Of a DNA stretch of 64,000 nucleotides, positions 11,420 to 25,420 are shown in pieces; the stretch's first letter is position 1, and each line of letters opens with the position of its first letter. Under the pieces are notes generated by a model. It searched no databases and was not told where the DNA came from. It saw only the letters and a list, made by a program, of their open reading frames with translations. A program made the position numbers and the translations under genes. The stretch is from Okamejei kenojei (Eukaryota). Where the stretch lies: the NCBI GenBank assembly GCA_035221665.1, contig JAVHYY010000086.1, positions 248,001-312,000 of the forward strand, given 5' to 3'.

Positions 11420-12512
11420 ACCCAAGGTAAGGTATTCACATGGACAGATAATTGGTTAGCAGACCGGATGTAAAGAGTAGGAATAAACATGCCCCTGTCT
11501 GAATGGCAGGCAGTGGGGAGTGGAGTGCCGCAAGGCTCGGTGCCAGAGCCACGATTATTTATAATATATATTAATGATTTAGACAATGGAATGAAAAGTA
11601 AAACAAGCAAATTTGCAGATGGCGCTAAAACTTGGTGGCAGTGTGAACTGCGAAGAGGATGCTAAGAGGTTGCAGGGTGACTCGGACAGGTTCAGCGAGT
11701 GGGCAGGTGCATGGCATATGCAGAATAATGTAGATAAATGTGAGGTTCTCCAATTTGGCGCCAAGAACAAGAAGGCAGATTATTATCGCAATGGTGTCAG
11801 ATTAGGAAGCAAGGGAGGTGCAACGAGACTGGGTGTGCTTGTACACCAGTCACTGAAAGTAAACATGCAGGTTCAGCAGCCGGACAATAAAACTAATGGC
11901 ATGTTGGCCTTCATAACGATAGGATTTGTGTATAGGAGTAAAGTTCTACAGGGCCCTGGTGAGACCACATCCAGAAAATTGTGTGCAGTTTTGGTCTCCT
12001 AATTGAGGATAACATCATTGCTATTGAGGCAGTGCACCGTAGGTTCACGAGGTTAATCCCCGGGGTGGCGGCAGTGTAGGAAAGATTGGAAAGATTGGGC
12101 TTGTATTCAGTGGAATTTGGAAGGTCGAGAGGGGATCTTATAGAAACATATAACACCATGAAAGGACTGGACAAGCTACATGCAAGAAAAATGTTCCCAA
12201 TGTTGGGGGAGTCCAGAACCATGGCCACACTCTAAAAATACAGGGAGGCCATTTAAAAATGAGATGAGAAAAAACATTTTCACCGAGAGAGTTGGAAATT
12301 TGTGGAATTCTCTGCCACAGAAGGCAGCAGCGGCCAATTCACTGGATGAATATAACAGTTAGAGATGTGAGGGTTAGCGGGATCAAGGGATATGGAGAGA
12401 AGGCAGGCACGGATGGCAGATTGTGGATGATCAGCCATGATCAAAATGATTCGTGGTACTGGCTTGAAGAGCCTAATGACCTCCTGCACCTGTTTTCTAT
12501 GTTTTCTATGGT
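11420..12512 (+). mobile_element. CR1 LINE ORF2 3' portion, decayed
   Basis: SGVPQGSV...YINDLD...KFAD; NVDKCEV; 3' tail TTCTATG repeats. Confidence 0.88.
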
Positions 12513-13647
12513 GGTGTAACGCACAATGCCCAAGATATATTTATATCTAGGCAACTTAGACTGGTTCCAGACGCCACTCCAAATGCATTCCATTTCGCAT
12601 CTGAACTGTTGCTATTGTTTTACTTGTCAGACATTCTCCACACACAATCCAGATAGCGAAATATTGCTTTTTCCAATGAAGGATGGTTTGGTAAATAACC
12701 TCTTCGATCGAGTGCTGTGGGGCTTTCGGGTTTGCTCGTCTCTCCTGCTTGCGCTAATGAGGCTGTGACCTGGGTGAGCGGCCAATGGCTGACAGCGAAT
12801 GGGACCCCCTGTGCCGAATCGCTACGCCCTCCTTACCCCGTCCACTTCAACTTCCCAACCCACGACACGTCTGCGTCCTCCCGGGGAAGTGGTCCCGCTT
12901 GCAGAGATCCCGGTGGAAAAGAAAACCTCCTTATTCTTGTACAGGGAAGTGCTAGACCTGACAGGCATTATGGAACAACGAGGACTCGATCTAAATAGAC
13001 ATGAGCGAGTTTACCGAATGCCCGTTTAAATCGTGCTGTCTGGGAAAATCTCCGAGACGATTCATCAAATGTGGCAATTCCCGCATCGAATCTCAGAAAA
13101 AGGGTTACATCCGAAATAGGTGCGTTGCGCGTTCTACGTTATAATCGTGTAGTTTGGAGACATCGGCAACGTCGTGAAACTGAGAAAGAACATTTGTGCA
13201 AACGGCAGGGAGGAAAGGGAGAGAATGGGAGAAGAAGTAGAGAACGTGTACCTATTATGTGAGAGGTCACGTCAGTGTTGTTGACAGAACCAGGGAAAGA
13301 TATACCAACACCTTGGAGCAACGGCGCTATTCAGTTCCATTCGAAAGATCACGTGGCGAATTTGAGGTAAAAGCAAACGAACAGGAACATTCAGGAAGAA
13401 CTACAACTTCTGTGTCGGCGCCAACACGTGGTCATACTTCTGCACTTGCCTCTGATTCCCAGTTTTGCCGGGTTGTATGCAAACCAACCATTTCACTGCA
13501 CCTAGTTACATGTGACAATGAAGTATCCTTCTATCATTGAATTGAAAAGGCAATACAGGGAACAAATGCTACACTATTGATGACACCAGCGTCTCAAAAA
13601 GCATGGTTAAATTAACCACGATAGAGTAAAACATTGTCATACAACAC

Positions 13648-16600
13648 AAAATAGTAAGATTAAACGAGAACTTACCAGTTCGAAGTTTGATCGTTATTTT
13701 ATGAGGAGTTACGATGAGGGATTACGTGAAGAGCCCGCCTCACGCTGGCAAACGGCATACTTCAAAGCAGCGGCATGAAAAACACAGAACACCAAATAGC
13801 CGAAGTAACATAGTAAGGCTCATAATAGAATTAGAACCACCAGATGATCATTTATTTTATGAGGGTGGGAGTGGAGGGCACGTAATCCCTCATAGAATCG
13901 ATAAAAACTAACGGTCAAACTCGAACCTAAGTTTCTACCTCCCTAAAGCTACATAACTGGTGTGATTACGTATCGTGAGTGACTAAAAAGTTTCGTGAGG
14001 GGTACGATTTTAAAGTACTTTTGAAAAGTGACTGTGAAAAGATTTTATGTCGTAGAATTAATCAGTACGACAGTCCGGCTAAGTAAATACATACATGAGC
14101 CAAACCAGACTAATATTAGTTCTTTCCACCTAATTAACGGAATTTTTAATGGTTTAAAGAACATATAATAACCCTCCTTATATCCGAGGGAATGATTACA
14201 AGTGATAAAAGATATAAGTGACTACATAACTGGTTATAGTAATCAATAGTATACAAAGCAGGTGATTATATTGATCCCAACACCGCTGTGCCAAAGCTTG
14301 TCATAGTGTGAACAGGTTTATTGTAGAACTTTGAAAAAGTTTCTTTCTTTACTCCACCCTGCGATTTTCTAAAATATGCTCGAGTGGTACGTCCCCGCAC
14401 CTTCGCCGCGACGTGGTTAGCTGCAGCCCTGGTGGAGTGAGATAAAGATGCACATATCAGTGTCTACTCCTGCTAAAAGCAAAAACACCTGTTTCAACCA
14501 TTTTGAGATAGTTTGAACTGAAGCTTTTGTGTGTGGCTTTTATATGCGTAATCATTAACGTTTTTTTCATTTCCTCGAGGAGTTTCAGTAACTTTAAAAC
14601 ATTTGATTCAAATGTTTAACCACACACAAGTAGGATCAATAAAAAGCTTGAAAGGTTACCTTAGCTCCAGAATCTCCCTGGTCTGCTTTGTTTGATCAGA
14701 TCGTAAACATAGAACACAATGTTATCCTGTAGTCACATGCATACAGTCTAAACGCAACATTTGTAAAGTTTGCACTCTGTTGAGCTGAAACCAATGACAT
14801 TAACATGAATAATGGATCAATGTTAATCTTTCTTCAATGACAATCCTTCAAATTGGAGTCCATTGCCTAAGTAAGTAAGGTAAGTACAATGCGTCACATC
14901 CAAATCTCTGTGTACCTTGGTTTGGGTGGATTGATGTTAAAGATTCCTTTCATGAATCTAGATATTAATGGATGTGATCCAATTGATTTCTGGTCAGACA
15001 TTAGTCCTAAATAAGATGATAAGGCACTGCGTGCAGTGTTAATGGCACAGTAACTTAAATGTTGCTCAAAATGCAATTTAGCAAGGAGCTTCAATACATT
15101 TGTCATGCAATATCACAGTATCACAATATCAAACATGCAATATTCACTGACTGTGTGCAAAATTCTTCCCATTTCTTAATATGTGTCATATATTGTTTTT
15201 GTGTGTTATCTCGCCATGATGCGACTATAACTTCCATAGATTTGTCCGACAATCCCAGCTCCTGTAGTGGTCTGGTCAAAACCTGCAGATTAATAAATTC
15301 ATATATGCATATAATGGATAAATTTCTTTGGTTTCTAGATTAATCAAAATATCACTACAGTTAGGAATTGACATATATATGGTTCTTTAATCATAAAATT
15401 CAGCATTAATGGGAACCAAGAGTTGTGTTGGCCAATTTGGAACTACCAACAATCCTGTGGCAGAATCTTGTTACTATTTCCTTCAGACATTGCTGAACCA
15501 AAGCAAAAGGTGGAAAAGCATAAAAGAACATATTCCCCCAGTTGAATGAAAAAGCATCTACTGCTACTGCATCTGGATCGTGTTCCCAAGACACATATTT
15601 AGGCAATTGATGATTAAGCCTTGATGCAAACAAATCAATTTTCTGGTAAACCCAAATTGAGTTACAATATTCTTAAATATTGCTGGATTAAGCATCCATT
15701 CTGTGTTATCTTTAAATATCCTTGATCTTTTATCTGCACCCACATTGTCTTTACCTGGAATTAGTTTGCTGAAATCCAAATTTGGCGATCAATACACCAT
15801 TGCCATATTTTCATTGACCAGACAATCACATGATACTGATCTGACTCCCCCCATGTGATTAATATATGCAACAGCCGTTTTATTGTCTAACCGTATAAAT
15901 ACATGTAGACCCTTTTTTGAACAGCAATATGCTTTTAGACCATAGAAAGCACCCAATAACTCTAAATAGTTAATACCATAAGTTTGAAGAAACGTTTCTT
16001 CTTGGATTTTCCATCTACCTCCACAACTGGAGGCTAAATCTGTTACCCCCCCCCCCCCCCCCCCCCCCCCCCCCATCCGAGAGCATTAGCATCTATTTAT
16101 AAACAATTTCAGGCTGTTTAATCAGAATGTTTTAGCAGCTTGTGGGACATTTTTAACCCACCATGGTAATTCCAACAAAACTTCTTTTGTTAATTGCATA
16201 GGCCTATCAAAGTGTCCTGCCCTCTCTTTGAGAGCTCTTATTTTGTCCCTTTGAAGATTTTGATAATGGAATGGATCAAATTCTACTGCAGGAAATGCTG
16301 CTACTAGTTTACCGATAGTTTTCGCTACTTCTCGGATGGAAGGAAGGATAAGTTTGTGAATGAGATTATTACAAGTCACTAAAAATCATCAACTTTATCT
16401 TTGTTGGTAAAGTATTAACATAGTTTCTGAGTTAATTACAAACTCCAAATAGTTAATTGATTGTGCTGGCTGCAGCTGGGATTTAATTGGATGAATCAAG
16501 GACCCTAGCTTTAACAAAGCTTTGTACTGAAACTAATTCTCAGCTGACTCTTGATTGCCATAAATGATTAGAATGTCATCGAGATAAGCCATAACGATGT

Positions 16601-18663
16601 GTTTTTGTACTCTTAATTGGGCTAAAACTGGTTTCAACAGTTTAGTAAAGAGCCTGGGAGCTGAACTCAATCCATTTGGCAAAGCTTTAAACTGCCATAA
16701 TTGTCCCAGCCAATTAAATTTTAAGTACCTCCAGAAACTGATGTAATTGGTACAGAATAATAGGCGTTTTTCAAATCAATCGTAGCCATATAACAACCTG
16801 CTGATATTAAATATCTTGCAGTATTAAATATTTCCATTTAAAAGTTTGTATTCTACCACTTATTTAGATCTGTAAGATCCAGAATAATTCTGCAATCACC
16901 ATCTTTTTATGTCTTTTGAAATATCTTAGGCACAATTGATGCTCGTGTTCATAAGTTTTTTCAATAACCCCTTTTCAGATAATTTGTCAATTTCCACATT
17001 AATCTCTGCTTTTCCAATTGCAGTAAACACGAAAGCATAGGCAGGTTTATCTGTACTGGAGGATTAACCCCTTCTTTAAATGTAATAGTGGCTCCTGAAA
17101 CTGCTTGTAAAAATAAACCGATCAGAAGTAATAGTAAGCCAGTCTTTATAAAACTTTTGTAATCTCCCTCCAACTGGAGATTAATCCGCAGTTTCTTTAA
17201 GGATAGAACAAGTCTTTAATACCTCTCCATATGAGCGTGGTGGTCTCCTTTTCCCCGAATCCGGGTAAGAATTGGGCTGTACAGTACAATAACATTTCCT
17301 TGACATATTTCGGCCTCTATTTCCAAAATCAAATCCCCTTCTGGGCGAAAAAAAAAAAAAAATACCTTTTTTGTCCTAAGACGAAGGTTTCATGCAGCTA
17401 AACTTTTTTAGCTTCTTCATCCAATTTTTAATAATTTAGGCAGATTTACTCCAAACAGATAACCAGGAGCTTGAACACCACTTGCTCGACACAGGCTTGC
17501 AAACCTTGGGTGAAATATGGGCCGAATAGCCATTTTCCTCTTACAATAATTTCATAGAAAGAATTTGCACAATAGGCCCTCGTTCCTAAACTTATTCATC
17601 TCCCCAAAAGCCATAATGGTAGCAGAATAATTTGTGAGGATTTTTGAACCTCACTTCTTGAGCTCTCATATTTGGGGTCATGGATGCCCATATCAACGGA
17701 TAAACCGTAGGCACTTCCAATGAGGCACAATTTCCTGTGCGTTTATAAATCTGATGTTTCAATTATCACAGAATCATGAAGTTGGTGAGATACCATATAT
17801 TAATGTTGGCAGCTAGGTTTTCTTCCATAGCCTGACCACTTCCTTCATATATAGCAAATTCTTTTGCTATCCCAGGCACAATTGGCCTTTCTTTTATTTT
17901 GTGGTGTGTTTTCACATGCAAATCACCATCAGCAGGGTCTGCCTTCTGCAGCCCTAAATCAATTGGGATTTCATCCCATGAGACTTCCTTCGGCCCAAAT
18001 CCTGGGTCCGGAGTTCCAACTCCCAATTAGGCCCACAGCCATATTCAGAATAATTAAACCCCTCAGGGCTTTTTTGGGAACCTTCTGGGTACTGTGACCC
18101 TAGTCTCATAATTCTTTGGAGAACTTTCTCCATATGCTCCATTATTAGTTCCACATAGTTTAATTATCTGGAGGACTTTCAGTATCAGAGTCATCAGAAC
18201 CACGGGCCTCTCAGATTTCTTTTACATTTTTAGGAGCATTTCTCTCCGTGGTTATAACTTCTGGAGAATCTAGAACTCGCTAACGGATATATCAGCGGCC
18301 ACCGGTATCGGAACCGGATCCGCACTAGCTTTTTTCCCCGTATTTTTATTTTCACCCCGGGAAGCTCTTTTTACCCGCGAATTTTCTTTGCCGATTTCTC
18401 CATTTCTTTCATTAATCTGTGCTAAACAGCACTTTAACGTGACTCTGACTTTTATTTTACTTTACTTTTACTGCTGGACCCACCCAGCGTACGCTAAAAA
18501 ACCTCCCGACTTTGCTGCACTTACCTGCGGGGCCGTTCCGACCGCTGCGAGGAGCTGCTCCTTACTGCAGCTCCTCTTTCCGCCGTCAGCGTCGACGTAA
18601 TGCCGTTTGCCAGCGTGAGGCGGGCTCTTCACGTAGTCACTCACGTGACTCCGAAGTAAAATA
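13648..18663 (-). mobile_element. DIRS1-like tyrosine-recombinase retrotransposon, near full length, frameshifted
   Basis: Minus strand: RT (AYLDDILI ~16570-16590; IGKLVAAFPAV), RNase H (INYLELL...RLDNKTAVAYINHMGG), methyltransferase-like (FASRLN..LPKYVSW..DP...DAFSFNW..FYAFPPF), YR (INTARSALS..HPLISRFMKG..PPKPRY; SHSTRAAA ~14420-14442; TFSKFYNKP). Exact 36-bp inverted repeat at 13723-13758 / 18600-18635; internal complementary region ~13879-13990. Confidence 0.92.
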
Positions 18664-18769
18664 GGTCTATTCAATCCACGACGTCCATGTCGCTATTTTT
18701 TACCATCTGCACCAATCACGTTGCCCGTTTCGCCTTGCAGCGATTCCCTTCGAATTTAATTCAGAAACT

Positions 18770-19050
18770 CAGAGCGGGAACAGGCTCTTCGACCCAACCG
18801 GTCCGCGCCGACCAGCGAACCCGCATATTAACACTATCCTACACACACTAGGTACATGTTTTGTATTTACCAAGCCAACCTACACACCTGTACATCTTTA
18901 AAATATGGGAGGAAACAGATGATCTCTGAGAAAACCCACCGAGGTCACGGGAGGACGGACAAATCCCGTACATACAGCACCTGTTGTCTGATTCGAACCC
19001 GGCGGTGCAAGCACTATACGGCTGAACATCTAACGCTGCGCCACCGTGCC
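18770..19050 (-). mobile_element. tRNA-derived SINE (elasmobranch V-SINE/HE1-like)
   Basis: Minus-strand head GGCACGGTGGCGCAGCG...GGGTTCGAATC (Pol III A/B boxes); similar copies elsewhere in the window. Confidence 0.75.
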
Positions 19051-21579
19051 TCACGCCATGCTTCTCGCAACGTTATATTCTTCTGTGTAGTTACCCTTCA
19101 ACCCCTTTATTCCAGGCCAAAATAAGACCAAACATGTTTCTTTGCTGCCCGTGCAAACTGTTGTGACTGTTGTATACAAACCGGCGGCCTCCCGGAGGTT
19201 ATACCTCTTTCCACTCAGCCTCTTACAGATATGATATCCTCTCATCTGAATTTGTCCATCTCCACAGCATGTGCTCCCAAGATGAGGTTTTCCTCATTCC
19301 TTTGTTGTCATATATCCCGAAATGGAACAATGAAATTCTTACTTGTACTATCACCATATAGATATAAATATTGTACCGTGTGAAACTGATAAAACCAACA
19401 AAAAACGTCCGTGTATGTATGTAAAAACTGAGAAATAAATGGACAATAACCAACAAAAATAGACAATAATAAACACATCCTTCCTAATCTTGCCCACCTC
19501 TTATACCAGCACATTATCTGATTATCAGTTTCTGCAGTCAGAAATAGTTTCTCATTTTTCCCCATCAAACCTTTTCACTGTTAGATTAATATCATTGATT
19601 TTATTAATTTATTCCATCCCGCATTTGTTATTGGGTGAATTTTCACAGAAACATATATACCACGCTTGCTTTTTAGTTGACATGTTTTATCTGAACTTTG
19701 AGGGAAACCCAACGAGGAGGACAAACTCAGAGCACTATCCGGTGGACATGGCTAAGACTTCATTTACAGGCCTGTTCTGTCCTTATCGTGTTATCTTACA
19801 CTTTTTTATCTTTACATCTCTCCCCTTTGTCCAACCAACTGGCAATCAAACCTACCCAGAATCCACCTGTCGCTTGACAGACATTGTGCTACCCCAACTC
19901 TCGCCCAGGTCCTCCACCACAATCCTTCTGAAAAGGGGGCCGACCGTAAACGTTGCCTATCCACGCCAGAGAGATATCTGAATTCCTGAGTCACTCCTGC
20001 ACTGTGTGTGTTTTTGTATGCAAACAAGTATCTGCAGTTCTTTGTTTCAACATCTGCAGTTGACTTTACTCCGCTGTTTCATACGAAGTTTAGTTAAGGT
20101 TGAGCGCCCTCCTGCGGGAAAATCAGTAACTGCAAGCTGACCTTGGTGGAGCAAGAAACCGCCGTCGCAGGTGATTAGCGGTTGATTGAGCTGCCACCGG
20201 AAGGATGTCAATTTGAAACTACGCCTCATCCTTATTCGCTGCATCGATGCATTGCAGCAGGACAGCATTTCCAGGGCGTAGCTTCTCCTCTTAGCTCGAA
20301 AGTGCATGAAACAATTCTATGCATTAGCACCACACGCTTTAGAGACAAGACACAATTACTAGATATGCTGGAATCTGCGGCAAAAATACAATTATGTGTT
20401 GGAAGAACTAAGCGGCGTCTGCCATACAGGAAATTGCAATGCGTAAGACGAGATTTAGTGCACGAATGGTGAATCCCCACCAGAAGATTAAAGAGATGGG
20501 TGGATATAACAGCAGGGCTTGGTACGATGCCTGTTTCTTCGTTGTCCATATGCAGCATCCTTTGTTCCAAACCTATTCTCGCAAATGTTCCCATTCGGCC
20601 TCCCATTTCTCACGCCGACTGCGGTTTGTCGACTGCGTCTTGGAACCGGGCAGTACAGGCTAATATTATTAACTTCGCCACTAATGTCCGTCCTGGCCTC
20701 CAATTGAGTGGAACCACGTTGCCCCTCCTTTATCCTAATCTTTTTGTCTCTGACTCACCCGGTGATTACACCGACTCAACGGATGAAAGGTGACGAAATC
20801 GGCAACAAACAATAAAACCATTTGCTGGAGCTGCGTCCACTTGAACCTTGTTTGGAGCAGTTTCCCGGCAAACTGCATAAAGTGGGCTGCAAGTAGGAAG
20901 TGTCAATATGCGTTTTGCAAACTCAAATAGGAGGGACGCAGGATCACGTGATGTGTTGTAGGTTACACAGACTCACTTCGTCATCGTTTCCGCTCCTCGA
21001 GCCCTTTTCTTTTGCCGACCACGGATGGTTTCGGGGGCCGGTGTTGTTGCAAGGTTGACACGAACTCAAAAATAGGAGCCGCGCCAGGCTTCCGCGGTGC
21101 TATCAATGAGCAAGTGTGGAATCGCTCTCCTCTGATCCGCGTCTGCGATGACGTTGACAATAAGCACTCGATGTATTGCGCTCAGCTGCAATCAGCAACA
21201 TTGCATTCCCGAATCTAGCCTAATGTCGCCAATGCAGGGAGCACACCTCTGCATATTTCCCTTTTAATGGTTGTACTTATGGGTCGTTATCTGATCTGCT
21301 GGCTGGTATTCAAAGCATAGTTTATTTCTGTGTCTCCAAACATTATAAATGTAAATCCAATATACGTGTTTTCCGGACACCAGACATGGTGATTCTGTTC
21401 ACACAGATGCCGCCCTCAACATAGATAGGGAGTTGGTGGGTTTCAGCTGCGCCGATGACACTGCAAGCCGCCCAACAGAGAAACTGAGTGAGTTGCGAAG
21501 AATTCTCAGGCGTCGGGAATCCACAACCATCAAGCGCGGTGCAGACGTATCTCGCTGCAGCAGGCAAAATAGAAGCTGA

Positions 21580-22865
21580 TGTTTTTGTAGGAAGGATTCA
21601 CTGGTTTCCATCACAGTGCGTCTAAAGGCGCAATAATAAACTGCAGAGTCGCTCAGCTTCAGCTCCGATAGGGTTAACCTGAATAATTTTATATCGATCT
21701 GGAGCTGGACATAGAAGTGATTGCCTGCAAAGTCGCCTTTTTCCACGGTCCCTCCTGAATGTTTCCTCAGTATGAACGCGGGCCTCGAGTCCTGATGATG
21801 CCGGTACCAAAATAAGTCGTAGCCCGTTGCTGCGGTATCATAGGTGCAGCTGAAAGTCACCGACTCTCCTTCTACATTCTGTGCTGAGCGACAGTGTGAC
21901 TGTGTCAGGAAGATTGTGCCCGATGTTGGGGAAGTCCAGGACAAGGGGTCACAGTTTATGGATAAGGGGGAAGTCTTTTAGGACCGACATGAGAAAATAG
22001 TTTTTCATACAGAGAGTGGTGAATCTGTGGAATTCCCTGCCACAGAAGGTACTTGAGGCCAGTTCGTTGGCCATATTTAAGATGGAGTTGGATGTGGCCC
22101 TGTGGCTGAAGGGATCAGGGGGTATGGAGAGAAGGCATGTACAGGATACTGAGTTGGATGATCAGCCATGATCATATTACATAGCGGTGCAGGCTCGAAG
22201 GGCCGAATGGCCTGCTCCTGCACCTAATTTCTATGTTTCTGTCTCCATAATTGGGATATGAAAAAAAAAGGATTGGGCTTAGGTTTGTTATGCGTGCACG
22301 AAAAATACGCGGAAGACCTTTGTACTACATGCTACCCAAACAGATCAACTGATAATGTACTTAAATACAATCAAACCAAACGCACGCTCAATAGATAGAT
22401 AAAGGGAACATAGAAAGTGCAGAATAAAGTTTATATTATTGTAGCGAATCAGTTCCAGAGACAAAGGCCCATGTCGACGCTGAGGTAGACATGCATCGCG
22501 TAGTTCGCTTGCATATCGGGGTGCATCGAACATTGCCGCGGCGTATAGGTAGAAAGGAACTGCAGATGATGACTTAAACCGAAGTTAGACACGAAAAGCT
22601 GTAGTAACTCAGCAGGTCAGCCAGCATCACTTGACATAAAGCAGGGTCTCGACCCGAAACATTACCCATACCAATTAAATTTATCCATGGCATATGGATG
22701 TCGATTAGATAGTACCCGGCTGTCTATTTACATATAGGTAAAGATTAGACCGGTTCGCATTCACAATGATGGTCGACGTTCCGTCGGAGTAAGTAGCCGG
22801 ATTAACGGCTGCGACTTCACCTATCAGGCATGCTCCCCATACAATCCAAATGGCAATGCGCGCAT
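21580..22865 (-). pseudogene. V8: TCR delta-type V pseudogene (leader 22821-22865, V exon split by CR1, RSS 21580-21618)
   Basis: ESVTFSCTYDT...LFWYRHHQD...DSAVYYCAFR; RSS CACTGTG-23-ACAAAAACA; leader 45 nt (1-nt deletion vs paralogue V10); acceptor AG mutated to AT; CR1 inserted in FR1. Confidence 0.88.
21909..22240 (+). mobile_element. 5'-truncated CR1 LINE inserted into the V8 exon
   Basis: CR1 3' end with TTTCTATGTTTC tail; absent from the paralogous V10 exon. Confidence 0.9.
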
Positions 22866-23295
22866 TTTCACAGTGAAAAACCCTTTGTGAATGTCCAACC
22901 TCGACCTGGGTATTGAGCGGCTTTCGGATGTTCTTGCCTCTCCTGCTGGTGCTGGTGTCGCAGTGGTAACGGTGTACGGGAAGCGACTGACTTCCGCCTA
23001 CCTCAACTTTCTCCCCAGTTGGGACTTCTCCCTAGCGTTCTTTCAGGTTAGGCGTGTAGTGACTGGTCCTCGCCGCTGTAACAGGGAAGACACGGCTCGG
23101 CCTTATGAGGAACTCTAAGGTATCATAATCTAAAGGAACTATGTGGAGCGGATCAATGATGGTTTGATAGATTACTTTGATGGCCCGGCAAAAAATATCC
23201 CCATTCCCACATCGAAACGCAAGGAACGTGAGATAGATGCAAGTCAGGATGTGAGGCCACCTTTGTAGTATTGCCTTCCGTTTGGGTCACTGATC

Positions 23296-25097
23296 ATAGG
23301 AAACATAGAAACATAGAAACATAGAAATTAGGTGCAGGAGCAGGCCATTCGACCCTTCGAGCCTGCACCGCTATTCAATATGATCATGGCTGATCATCCA
23401 ACTCAGTATCCTGTACCTGCCTTCTCTCCATACCCCCTGATCCCTTCAGCCACATGGGCCACATCCAACTCCCTCTTAAATATGGCCATCGAACTGGCCT
23501 CAATTACCTTCTGTGGCAGAGAATTCCACAGATTCACCACTCTCTGTGTGAAAAACGATTTTCTCATCTTGGTCCTAAAAGACTTCCCCCTTATCCTTAA
23601 ACTGCGACCCCTTGTCCTGGACTTCCCCAACATCGGGAACAATCTTCCTGCATCTAGCCTGTCCAACCGCTTAAGAATATTGTAAGTCTCTATGAGATCA
23701 CCCCTCAATCTTCTAAATTCCAGCGAGTACACGCCAAGTCTATCCAGTCTTTCTTCATATGGAAGTCGTGCCATCCCAGGAATCAGTCTGGTGAACCTTC
23801 TCTGTACACCCTATATGGGAAGAATGTCTTTCCTCAGATTAGGAGACCAAAACTGTACGCAATACTCCAGGTGTGGCCTCACCAAGACCCTGTACAACTG
23901 CAGTAGAACCTCCCTGCTCTTGTACCCAAATCCTTTTGCTATGAAGGCCAACATACCATTCGCTTTCTTCACAGCCTGCTGCACCTGCATGCCTACTTTC
24001 AATGACTGGTGTACCACGACACCCAGGTCTCGCTGCATCTCCCCTTTTCCTAATCGGTCACCATTCAAATAATAGTCTACCTTCATGTTTTTGCCACCAA
24101 AGTGGATAACCTCACATTTATCCACATTATACTGCATCTGCCATGCATTTGCCCACTCACCCAGTCTATCCAAGTCATCCTGCAGCCTCCTCGCATCGTC
24201 CTCGCTGCTAACACTGCCCCCCAGCTTCGTGTCATCCGCAAACTTCGAGATGTTGCATTTAATTCCCTCGTCCAAATCATTAATGTATATTTTAAATAGC
24301 TGGAGTCCCAGCATTGAGCCTTGCGGCACCCCACTAGTCACTGTCTGCCAGCCTGAAAAGGACCCGTTCACTCCTACTCTTTGCTTCCTGTCTGCTAGCC
24401 AGTTCTCTATCCACATCAATACTGAATCACCAATACCGTGTGTTTTAAGTTTGTATACCAATCTCTTGTGTGGGACCTTGTCGAAAGCCTTCTGGAAGTC
24501 CAGATACAACACATCCACTGCTTCTCCCTTATCCACTCTACTAGTTACATCCTCAAAAATTTCAATAAGATTCGTCAGACATGATTTACCCTTCGTAAAT
24601 CCATGCTGACTTTGTTCAATGATTTCACCACTTTCCAAATGCGCTGCTATCCCATCATTAATAATTGACTCTAGCAGTTTCCCCACTACCGATGTTAGAC
24701 TAACTGGTCTGTAATTCCTCGTTTTCTCTCTCCCTCCCTTTTTAAAAAGTGGGGTTACATTAGCTACCCTCCAATCCTCAGGAACTACTCCAGAATCTAA
24801 AGAGTTTTGAAAAATTATCACTAAGGCATCTGCTATTTCTGGGGCTACTTCCTTAAGTAACCTGGGATGCAGCCTATCTTGCCCTGGGGATTTATCGGCC
24901 TTTAACCCATTCAATTTACCCAACACCACTTTTCGGCTAACCTGGATTTCACTCATTTCCTCCATCTCATTTGACCCGCGATCCCTTGCTATTTCCGGCA
25001 AATTATTTATGTGTTCCTTAGTGAAGACAGAACCAAAGTAGTTATTCAATTGGTCTGCCATGTCCTTGTCCTCATGATCAATTCACCCGTTTCTGAC
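23296..25097 (-). mobile_element. CR1 LINE, 5'-truncated, nearly intact reverse transcriptase
   Basis: ORFs 23811-25061 and 23403-23774 share a frame and are separated by one TAG; NYRPVSLTS, QHGF, YLDFQKAFD, GVPQGS, KFADDTK; (AAACATAG)n tail. Confidence 0.95.
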
Positions 25098-25179
25098 GTT
25101 GTCAAGCAGGAAAGGTGCAGAGAATACTTGCGTTGATGTTTCCAGCACCAAAGAGACTGAGTTTTGTTTAATGTAGTTC

Positions 25180-25420
25180 AGAGATATGGCGCGGAACCAT
25201 ACCAGTGTATCCCTCACATCAACAATACCCTACACACACATGGGGCATGTTTACATTGATAACAAGCCAATTAAGCTACAAACATGTACGCATTTGGCGT
25301 GTGGGCGGAAACCGAAGATCGCGGAGAAAACGCTCGCAAGTCGCGCGGAGAGCCTACAAACTGTGTACAGACAAGCACACGTACTCAGGATACCCGGGTC
25401 TCTGGCGCAGTAAGGAAGTA
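25180..25420 (-). mobile_element. tRNA-derived SINE fragment
   Basis: Similar to the SINEs at 18770-19050 and 30731-31034. Confidence 0.6.
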
